From: Oopsacas minuta
Taxonomy: Eukaryota; Animalia; Porifera
Assembly (NCBI GenBank): GCA_024704765.1
Contig: JAKMXF010000003.1
Location: 1 to 64,000 of the forward strand
Length of the DNA: 64,000 nt
Direction of reading: 5' to 3'
The notes under the pieces were generated by a model. It saw only the letters and a list, made by a program, of their open reading frames with translations. It did no database searches and was not told where the DNA came from. The translations under genes and the position numbers were made by a program. This document shows, one piece after another, positions 22,201-31,400 of the stretch. How positions within the stretch are numbered: position 1 is the stretch's first letter; each line of letters begins with the position of its first letter.

Positions 22201-25200
22201 AGGATCCAAATCGGTGACCAGCTCATATCAATCGACGGAAAATCGTTTGTTGGAATTTCACTCAAAGATGGAAATAAAATATACGAAAATCTCCCAATAA
22301 ATCAACCAGTCCTATTTATACTCCAGCGTACAGGGACAACAACAAATCAGATTGCATACCCTAAGCATACTTCTATGGTTCGTAATCTCTTGCTGAAAGA
22401 CCGAATATTAGAAGTGGAACTAGATAGAGGAGGCGAAAATAAATTAGGTGTTGTGTTGTCCGGCGGGTCTGAAACCAATGAAAAGAGAGTTTATATTAGG
22501 AGGATAGGTCCTGGGTCTATCGTAGCAACCGATGGAAGGCTAAAGGTATGTGTAATTCCATCATATTTGTTGTCTTAAGTTGTTTACTTGTTTATTTAGA
22601 TAAGTGACGAGTTGATTTCTGTTAATGGGATATCGTTAGAAGGTTTGACACACAAAGATGCTCTTTTGGTTATTAAGAATGCAGGAAATGTGCTGAATTT
22701 CAAAGTTTTTAGAAGAAAAGATATTAGAACAATTCCTTCTAGTAAGTTGAGTTTCAATTGGCCCCTTAAGGTGTCAAAACCTCACCCCAAGGGTGTGTTA
22801 AGGGGTCTTTAATTATTGTCTGTTTTAGATAAAACAGTCCCAAGTAGTCCCTCTGTCCTATTCAGAGGATCTAAGAGGTTCATAAACCTAGAGGAGTCAA
22901 CTGATTCTCAAGGAACATTGGACAGTTTGTTAAAGAGGAACAAGCTCACCTCTACACAAGGATTGAGGTAATTAAATTATATATTGAATTACACATAGCT
23001 ATCTTCCATAATGGTAACTATGCAACTGGTAGGTTTCCATCATTAAGTTAGTGAGTCATTAACCAAAGGTAAATCATCCTAACAACGAGATTGTGCAAGA
23101 GTTATGCATGTTTCTCATATGTGTGAGGGCCCCCCCTCCCCCCAATTAATAAATAAACAAATAAAACATGATTAATCACAAGAATAGCAGATTAATTAAT
23201 AATAAACAAACACTATTTCCCATGCTTATATTCTTTAACCAGTTTTGCCAGTGCATCAACTCCCTCGTACAAACCGTCTCCTGTTGTAGCCGATGTCGCT
23301 TGTATGTACCAGTTGTGTCCTTTCAAGGTCTCAAGGCCCAATTCCCGCACGAGATTGGCCGGGTTCTCCGCTCCTGGGAGGTCCTGTTTGTTCGCGAATA
23401 CGACCACAGGAACGCCGGCCATTTCGCCGTCACTTAGTATAGAGTGTAGTTCATTCTTCGCCTCGGGTAGTCGCTCTTTATCTGCTGAATCTACAATGAA
23501 TATGAGACCGTCTGTACCGTTGAAATAGTGTCTCCAGAGTGGCCTGATCTTATCTTGTCCTCCCACGTCCCAGACTGTAAACGATACATTCTTAACCGGG
23601 GCAACTGTCTCCACGTTGAATCCAATCGTCGGAATAGACTGCACAGTCTCGTTGAGCTTGAACTTGTAAAGAATTGTAGTTTTCCCTGCAGCGTCTAGCC
23701 CCAACATCAAAATCCTCGCTTGAGTTGTCCCAAAACTTGAAAGCGATTGCATAATTTTACTCAAAAACAGACCCATTTTCCTAATTCTTATTATAAAACA
23801 GAAAGCTCTGTGTATTTATAGCAATAGAATTGTATATAGGATGTATGTATACACGTTTTACTGGTGATGTGGCAGTATTAAGACTACTATAGGGGCTTCG
23901 AATTACATACGTATTGGGTTTCAACGTAATATGTAGTGATATTGCTCTGCCACGTTTCTGTAAATTACAAGTCTTGAAATCTAAAATTAGACAATTTTTG
24001 TGTATAAAATAAGCGAAAATGAATTCAAAAATATCAGAAATAAATCGACACAAAAATGGGAATCTTTTCTTCAAAAATTGCTTCACTTTTGGACTCAATT
24101 TCTAAGATGGGGACGACACAAGCTCGGGTCCTTATGCTCGGTCTGGACGCCGCGGGTAAGACCACAATCCTATACAAATACAAACTAAGTGAACAAGTCA
24201 CGACTGTTCCAACAATCGGGTTCAACGTGGAAACGGTTTCGCCAGTTAAGAATGTATCTTTCACGGTCTGGGATATCGGGGGACAAGCAACCATCCGCCA
24301 ATTATGGAGGTATTACTATCAAGGAACAGACGGACTCATTTTTATCGTGGACTCGACAGACCGTGAGCGATTTGCGTCCGCGAAAGAGGAACTTTTGAGC
24401 ATACTCGACGATCAAGACATGCACAGTGTACCAGTGGTCGTATTTGCTAACAAACAAGACCTCCCTGGAGCAGAGGAACCATCCAAATTAGCGACAGAAC
24501 TAGGGCTAGATAGTCTAAGAGGGCATGATTGGTACATACAGGGGACTTCCGCTAATTCAGGACAGGGGCTATATGAGGGCATGGAACAGCTTGTCAGGTT
24601 AATTAAGGAAAATAGGAAACATAATTAAGTGTTTTTTGTTTGTTTATGAAGTAAATATATTCATTAAAGCATGATATAATAATAAACATTCCAAATGCCA
24701 ATGGGGTAACTATGGAAACTGGAACATAACTCAGAAGGACAGGGAATTGGTGAATGTCTAGGATGCTATCATTCATGCTATGGAGTACAAATCTAAGCTG
24801 AAGGGACCGTAATAATTCCTTCGATCTAACTGATAGAATATTTGTTACTTAAACGGTTTGTGACCATATTTGTACAATTTCACACTTCGAAATAAAGGGA
24901 TATATCGATATTTTATATAACGAGGGTTGTCCCCGGCCAAGGGTGCTAAAATACAACCTCAAGGAGGTAAGTATCTAATTCCTACTTCGAAGTTATAAAC
25001 TAATTTGTCAGTCAGAAACTTCTTTAAATGTGATATACTCGTATGGTAATTCAATAGGCTTATTAGTATCTTATTAAGGAATAATTTTTCAAAAGTTTAG
25101 GCCTAAAAATGGAAGAAAATAATTCGATTTATTTGCAGAGACTCTGCGCGTCGGTTAAACAGGTGCAAATAGAAGCCAGTCAGACAAATGAGTTTTTAGT

Positions 25201-28200
25201 TAGGGACGGCAGGACGCCGTTACAATTATGTGGCAGATATGAGGACATCTTCTGTCACCGTTACAGATCGTCCGCGCTGTCACTCTTGAGAAAGAAGTCA
25301 GGATTTTGGGGGGTCGTTAAGGAGATCAGTCGAAAGGAAGCGCTAACGAGGATTAAGAACCTCCAACACCCCGAGACCGATTTGGGGCGGTGTCGAGCTT
25401 GGATTCGCCTCGCTGCGAACGAGAACTCACTCGTAGCTTATATAATGTCTCTCCTTTCAAACCCTGAGTTCTTAGCTAAGTATTATGAACCACAAGCATT
25501 TCTCAGAGATAGTGATTTGACCGAAGCAGCCATGAACGTGTTGAGTGGGTTAGATACGATTAGATTTGAACTGACAATCGATACTTCCAGTTTAGAAGTT
25601 GAAATAGCACCGGACGCATATATTCCCGCGGATAAATTATCCCGGATGATGGCGCTCGAATTAGCGCGGGCTGTACAACAAATCCCAACGGAACCGGTAC
25701 TCATAGAACGACGGCCATTGAGGAAGAAACGCAGGAAAAATAAGAAATTCAATTCCCAGAGTACGGACACTGATTCCCCAGAGATGCCAGATAGTGAGTC
25801 CGACTATGGTAGCATGAGACCTCCGGCTACCAATCCCCTCGCTGTAGACACTCCTCCTAAAGATGGGAGAGGTCAGCTACCGTGGTATTCATCCTCATTT
25901 GAGCATTCACACGGTGCTCTGTTCACAGATTCGAGTCTCATGCGTTCTTCTCCGAATTCTGAGATGAAAGGGATTACTTTATCGACCTCCGCCCCGCCCA
26001 CAAGGGCCGTGTTCCCTAAACAGTTTATTTCAGAGAGGAAAGAGACCCCGTCTCCGATTTCTCCGAGTTTGGAGCAGATCGAAGAAATTTCCGAAGTTCC
26101 TAGCTCTGAAGTAAAATCCAAACCCTTCGATCTGTTATCTCCCATCCTCGCTTCTCCCAACACAGACCCAATAACTACACTAATATGTGATGAAGCCAAT
26201 GGCGCTAGTTCTTTAGATATTATCACACCTCAAAATATGGAGTCATTTCCATTTATAGAAGATCAAATAGAAGATATCACAATCCTCAAATCGAAAATGA
26301 AACTAGATTTAGAAAATCCACAAAACGAAAATGAATCCGAATCGATTCCTGAGAAATCTTTCAAATCGATAGATCTTAGTCCTCCACAACTGAAACTTGA
26401 ACTGGAACTAGCCAAATCACCTCCAGTATACAAAGATTTCCCCTCACCTTACAAACCTATGTCTACATATTCTCACCCAATACAGACATTCCTTACTGCC
26501 GATGCTGTTGATAACCAAACATCAAACCGCAATGGAACGCCGAACTCATTTTCAGCGAACTCCCATTCTTCGAGTGACGATTTTTTCTCAATTAACGGCG
26601 AATGGGACGTAATTCGGATGGAGGACACGGATGTGCCAGTCGAGACACTCGACACTATACCATTTCAAAGTAAATTCACCGATGATTATTTTATGCAAGA
26701 AATCAATGTAGACAAATTAACACAAAATCAGCTGTATAGCACAATGAAACGAATAAGAGAAGAATTGAAAAATGTAACCAAAGATCACCCAAGTCATAAA
26801 ATACTTGTCCACACATTGGTGAAGCTGAGGATTCGTCGCTTAGAGATGGCGGAAGGTGTGGCACAATTGAAACCACGTGAAGAGAAGTGTTTGAGGATAT
26901 CTGGCCACATTTTAGAAGTACATTCAGGCGGTAAAAATCCACCAAAATTGTGTGAGATATGTGGGAAGCATTTCAATCCGGTAAACATCACAAAACAAAA
27001 ATGGTGTCTCTGTCGAGAGTGTAAATTAACCCTTCATGTCTCTTGTGTCAAGAGGATCCCATCAATCTGTCCAACTCAGGCCAATCCCCAACTTATCCTC
27101 CAAAACAGTCCAGAATTGGGGCTGTTGGCGCAGAAATTTAAATGTCATAACTGTTCACGGCAAATAGGTCTTGGGGGCAAAGAAGAGCCCAGATTGTGTC
27201 GGTATACCGGTATATACTTCTGTCAAAATTGTTACTCAATCACCCCAGCTACTTTACCCGCTAAAATTGTCCACGATTGGGACTTCAGGGTTCGTGGAGT
27301 GTCACTGTCCTCATATTTGTGCCTCAAAGTACTTCACAGTTCTCCTTGTATCAATCTAACAATCGAAAATCCGTTGATATATTCATATGAAAATACGTTA
27401 AGCGAATGCTCGATAATTCGCGATAAGTTAAAACAGATTTATTTATTCTTAAACGTGTGTCAAAACGCAAAGCAGCTGGGACTGCTAGCTGTACACCAGG
27501 GCATCCTTCATGACCATATATGGATTGACAAAGAGCCTTGGTCGATAGCAGACTTATTTAATGTCAAAGAGGGCCTGTTCTTACCCACTTTAAAGGAGTT
27601 ATTCTCAAAATGGGATTCACATATTCGCCAATGCGCCAGATGTTCTGGGAACGGTCATTATTGTCTGGGATGCCATTCGGAAGATATCATCTTCCCGTGG
27701 GATATATTAGCGATTAGTTGTGAGACCTGTGGTACGTTGTATCATTCACATTGTACCACTGAAAGTGGCTGTAGTAGATGTGCCTTACGTGCTAAACGTA
27801 TGCAAAATGTTACAAACTAGGTGTTGGTATGTGTATGTATATATACGTATATGGAATTGTTATTAATGGACACTTTGTTTACTTTTTAGTATTTTAATAT
27901 GATCTAATATTTAAGTGTCGCATAGTACGAATTTAATAAACATTCTGTGGCAAGACAAATTACTCGGGGTATATGTATATATTGTCACCTTTTGTTATTA
28001 GATTATTTGTGGCAATATTTGTTCTGTTTTAGATACTTTGAGCTCGTGAAAGGACCAACTGGTTTGGGATTATCTTTGAAAGGTGGGAGAGATGAAAAGA
28101 CACCAATTATTGTGAAGAATATGCATCCACAGGGCAATGCATTCCTGTCCGGTCTTATTGAAGTTGGAGACGAGATAGTCGAGATTAATTCTAAATCATT

Positions 28201-28285
28201 TGCGGATATAAATGCGAAAGAGGGAATTGAGTTTTTGAAGGATTTACCAATTGGTCCTGTCCGTTTTCTCATCAAAAAGAAATGA
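16231..28285 (+). CDS. Multi-PDZ protein (about 10 PDZ domains), pro-IL-16/PDZD2-like, intron-rich
   Basis: PDZ domains are split over exons, e.g. [40 protein letters not shown] (IL16/PDZD2 type), [16 protein letters not shown], and terminal [22 protein letters not shown]. Exon 1 is 16231-16594; the last intron 22968-28032 joins AG|A TAC TTT in frame. Confidence 0.8.
16700..16834. mobile_element. MITE family B copy
   Basis: ttataagaac..ttactcacaagggtgttcttataaccggcatttcctgta; TA-ended TIR. Confidence 0.75.
18588..18811. mobile_element. MITE family D copy 1
   Basis: gttgggaaattgtttcagctc ... agctgaaacaagttcctcattaacag; colinear with 29117-29349. Confidence 0.75.
19108..19155 (+). mobile_element. 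MITE family A 5-prime fragment
   Basis: tacactcaactccagttatatctaagctcaagggaccgtgataatt. Confidence 0.7.
19506..19578. mobile_element. MITE family A, 73-bp minimal copy with both TIRs (Tc1/mariner-pogo-like, TA-flanked)
   Basis: tacagtcaacttccattatatc ... gatataacgcgagttgactgta; core aagctcaagggacc is shared with other copies. Confidence 0.85.
20184..20320 (-). mobile_element. MITE family A copy
   Basis: Ends gatataacaggagttaactgta; internal ggtcctttgagctt and tgtacaaatatggtcccaaaccgtcaa. Confidence 0.8.
21194..21363 (-). mobile_element. MITE family A near full-length copy
   Basis: gtcaactcccattatatc ... ggtcccttgagcttagatataacaggagttaactgta. Confidence 0.85.
23213..23776 (-). CDS. ARF-family small GTPase, intronless, nested
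   Basis: N-terminal [38 protein letters not shown]. Confidence 0.95.
   Translation of the reverse strand: MGLFLSKIMQSLSSFGTTQARILMLGLDAAGKTTILYKFKLNETVQSIPTIGFNVETVAPVKNVSFTVWDVGGQDKIRPLWRHYFNGTDGLIFIVDSADKERLPEAKNELHSILSDGEMAGVPVVVFANKQDLPGAENPANLVRELGLETLKGHNWYIQATSATTGDGLYEGVDALAKLVKEYKHGK
24056..24628 (+). CDS. ARF-family small GTPase paralogue, intronless, nested
   Basis: N-terminal [28 protein letters not shown]; about 70% identical to the head-to-head neighbour over the core (hand count). Confidence 0.95.
   Translation: MGIFSSKIASLLDSISKMGTTQARVLMLGLDAAGKTTILYKYKLSEQVTTVPTIGFNVETVSPVKNVSFTVWDIGGQATIRQLWRYYYQGTDGLIFIVDSTDRERFASAKEELLSILDDQDMHSVPVVVFANKQDLPGAEEPSKLATELGLDSLRGHDWYIQGTSANSGQGLYEGMEQLVRLIKENRKHN
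24791..24931 (+). mobile_element. MITE family A copy between ARF and the RUN/RH gene
   Basis: aagctgaagggaccgtaataattccttcgatc..acggtttgtgaccatatttgtacaatttcacacttcg; approximate limits. Confidence 0.7.
25109..27820 (+). CDS. RUN domain + C1 + Rubicon-homology domain protein (PLEKHM1/DEF8 family), intronless, nested
   Basis: RUN motif [26 protein letters not shown]; C1 H..C..C..C..C..H..C; RH domain [42 protein letters not shown]. Confidence 0.88.
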   Translation: MEENNSIYLQRLCASVKQVQIEASQTNEFLVRDGRTPLQLCGRYEDIFCHRYRSSALSLLRKKSGFWGVVKEISRKEALTRIKNLQHPETDLGRCRAWIRLAANENSLVAYIMSLLSNPEFLAKYYEPQAFLRDSDLTEAAMNVLSGLDTIRFELTIDTSSLEVEIAPDAYIPADKLSRMMALELARAVQQIPTEPVLIERRPLRKKRRKNKKFNSQSTDTDSPEMPDSESDYGSMRPPATNPLAVDTPPKDGRGQLPWYSSSFEHSHGALFTDSSLMRSSPNSEMKGITLSTSAPPTRAVFPKQFISERKETPSPISPSLEQIEEISEVPSSEVKSKPFDLLSPILASPNTDPITTLICDEANGASSLDIITPQNMESFPFIEDQIEDITILKSKMKLDLENPQNENESESIPEKSFKSIDLSPPQLKLELELAKSPPVYKDFPSPYKPMSTYSHPIQTFLTADAVDNQTSNRNGTPNSFSANSHSSSDDFFSINGEWDVIRMEDTDVPVETLDTIPFQSKFTDDYFMQEINVDKLTQNQLYSTMKRIREELKNVTKDHPSHKILVHTLVKLRIRRLEMAEGVAQLKPREEKCLRISGHILEVHSGGKNPPKLCEICGKHFNPVNITKQKWCLCRECKLTLHVSCVKRIPSICPTQANPQLILQNSPELGLLAQKFKCHNCSRQIGLGGKEEPRLCRYTGIYFCQNCYSITPATLPAKIVHDWDFRVRGVSLSSYLCLKVLHSSPCINLTIENPLIYSYENTLSECSIIRDKLKQIYLFLNVCQNAKQLGLLAVHQGILHDHIWIDKEPWSIADLFNVKEGLFLPTLKELFSKWDSHIRQCARCSGNGHYCLGCHSEDIIFPWDILAISCETCGTLYHSHCTTESGCSRCALRAKRMQNVTN

Positions 28286-28388
28286 ATGTATTTCTGAATT
28301 TTACAAAATTGAAATATTTTTAGTTTCACTGTATCTATTAAATATTTGAATTCCAGTTTTTTGGTTCCTGAAGAGCGGGAAATCCAAA

Positions 28389-28401
28389 TTTTGGCGCCAA
28401 A
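28389..28401. promoter_or_regulatory. Palindromic E2F-like site TTTTGGCGCCAAA upstream of BBS2
   Basis: About 90 nt upstream of the BBS2 ATG; TTGGCGCCAA also lies at 33557-33566 upstream of RINT1. Confidence 0.35.
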
Positions 28402-28488
28402 TAGTTATGATAAAATTTGTTTATGGAAGTTATTAAAAATCTTCAAAATATCACTAGACATTATAATTCTATTTTAGCATAGTTCTAT

Positions 28489-31400
28489 ATGTTAGTTCCG
28501 GTATTCACTCTCAAACTCCACCAGAAGATATATCCACGGTTGGTTACAGTTGGAAGATTTGATGGAATACATCCGAGCATTGCCGCAGCTACAACAGGGG
28601 GAAAGGTTATTATACGTAGTTTTTGTTGGATTATATTGAGAAACTGGTAAGAGCTATAGTTTTGAAATTTGGCAGGTGTGTGGGATGTGATTATTCTAGG
28701 GAGGTGTTAAAATATCTAAGCGAAATATTAGGTATTCGCTGAGAAAAGGTGACAAATATCTCGCTCTATCAGATTCGAGAGTTTTCCAATAGCATTTAGA
28801 AAAGTTGACCAATCCAATTTCACCTTTTATCCTTGGTTACCACAATGTACTTTAGATATTCATTCACCGCCCTCATTTACGCTCCAGACCGGACACAGGA
28901 GGGCGAATAACCGAGGGGACAGGGGGACTAGATGTGGACTGTGTGTTCCTAAATATTGGCCAGCATATCACTTCGCTAACCGCGGGAGCATTAATAGAAG
29001 GTGGAACAGATCTCTTATTTGTAGGAACTGCTAATAATCTACTAGCGTATGATGTGGAAAATAATCAAGATGTTTTCTATAAAGAAGTGAGGGAATAAAT
29101 GAATAGTTAGACACAACTGCTAGTTGGGAAATTGTTCCAGCTCCACTACCCACCTTAAGTTTACCTAACGCAGTGATTTATTTTCACAGAACTCCTTTAA
29201 CACCCTTGATTAACATATTTGATGGTAATTTTCCATGAATTGCCCACTTTGTATTATGATGATGTCATAAATAATGAGATATGAGATGCCTCCTGCCTGT
29301 ATGCTTAGATAGACTTCATGTGGAGCTGAAACAAGTTTCTCATTAACAGGGGTCTTATAGTCTTAACATATAGGTACCAGATGGTGTCAATGCAATGTGT
29401 GTGGGTGTCACAGGAAGGAATGTTGATACCCTCGTGTATGTAGGAGGCAATTGTTCTATTCAAGGTTATAATTCAATCGGTGAGGATGTGTTTTGGACTG
29501 TTACTGGTGATAATGTGCTGAGCCTTATGATATTTGATTTTGATGCAGATGGAGAGAATGAGGTAAACAAATAAGTAAACAAACAAACAAACAAACAAAT
29601 AAACAAACAAAATAAACAAACAAATAACAAATCCCGAACAGCTGTTAGTTGGATCAGATGACTATGACATAAGAGTTTTCAAAGAAGACCAGATGATTTC
29701 AGAAATCTCAGAGACAGACTCTGTAATAGGATTGTGTCCAGTCACCGACTCTAAGTTCGGATACGCCTTGGCCAATGGTACCGTAGGTGTATATGATAAA
29801 TTGTCCAGATACTGGAGAATAAAGGTATGTCAAGGCGACACAATTTCACACCTAATTATCAGTGCCATTTTGTAGTCAAAGAATCAATCACTAGCTCTAT
29901 TCTGTTACGATTTGGATAATGATGGAATTGAAGAATTGATAACAGGATGGTCGAGTGGGAAGTTAGATGCAAGGAATAGCAAAACTGGTGAAGTGGTGTT
30001 TAAGGACACATTTTCGTCGCCTATAGCTGGGATTATGGCAGCAGATTATAGGTAAATATCCCACTGGGAGGAGGGAAATTGCCCCCAGGGGTGAGGTTAG
30101 GGATTCATACACCATTTGATCTCTGAACACGTCCCAGGGGTGAGGTTATTAAGGTGTCAATTCCCAAACCTCAGTCCGGACAGAGAGAGATAGGATAACA
30201 ATTTAAACAACAAACAAACAAACAAACAAACAAACACAACATAATGTTTGTTTATAAATTAAGATTAGATGGAGTGGATCAGCTGATTGTCTGCTCAACA
30301 GATGGAGAAATCCGCGGGTATATACCAGCTGTCAAAGAGATGAGAGGACAGCTAATGGATGTTAGTCCCGAACAGAAGTTATTCCAAGAATTATCTCAAA
30401 AGAAGTTACAACTGATTGAAGAGATTAGGAATTATGAACAGAATGAAAAAGTTAGATTTTGATATTTGTTGTCTGTCTGTCTGTCTGTCTGTTGTTTCCT
30501 TGTTTGTTTGTCTGTTTGTTGCTATGTATCTTTTTAGGAATCAACAGGGTCTAGGAACAAAACTACAATCCAACCGGGTATTGATAGTGAAGATGGATCC
30601 GTTGGAATTATCCCAGTAAGTTATCATTAATGATAATACCTATCAAAGATGTATCATAGATACTGACAGACCTCTTGGAATTTATCTTAAGTGACCTGTT
30701 AAACAGAGTCTACTGTATTTCCTTAAATATATTTACAGTGTACGTCCACAAGCAGGGTGTCAGGGACGCCGAAATGCTACCCGTTTCCACAGGCCCCTTT
30801 TGTAGAAGTTTCACCTTTTGTTTTAGGCTAATACACAACTAAACTCTTCTCTCTCAATTTCACTTGGAGATGCCGACATTCCAACAGATCCTCACGTTGT
30901 CATGACAATATCAACAACAAATGGAACGTTCATACACTTAGTAGTTGTCATAGCTGAGAGTTTATTTGAAGATGGGGAGAGTCTAGTCGTGCACCCGCCC
31001 GAAAATAAACGATGTGACCAGATTAAAATCCCTCTTATACCGCCTAGAGATATGCCAATTGATTTACATATTAAGATATATGTAGGACATAAATATACCC
31101 AACAGTATCATGTATTTGAAATCACTAGACAGCTACCAAGGTAATAATCATATATGTTAATTTCACACCTTTTGGTGGCTTCTTTTTCATGGCCAGTGTT
31201 AATCACTTCGATATAAGCGATGTAGTATATGCTACTTGACGGTTTGGGGCAATATTTGTAGAATTTAAGACTTCCATATAAGCGGGTGTTTCTATATTTC
31301 CGTTTTGATATATAAGGAGTTGAGTGTATTAACTACAGAGACAGTTATTTATGTAAATAACTTGTAAACAAACAAACAAACAAACAATATGTAATATTAT

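Noticed and set aside
27947-28285. Stand-alone small PDZ gene as listed in the ORF track
   Set aside because: It starts at a GTG in intron-like sequence; an acceptor at 28032 is phase-compatible with the donor at 22968, so it is better read as the terminal exon.
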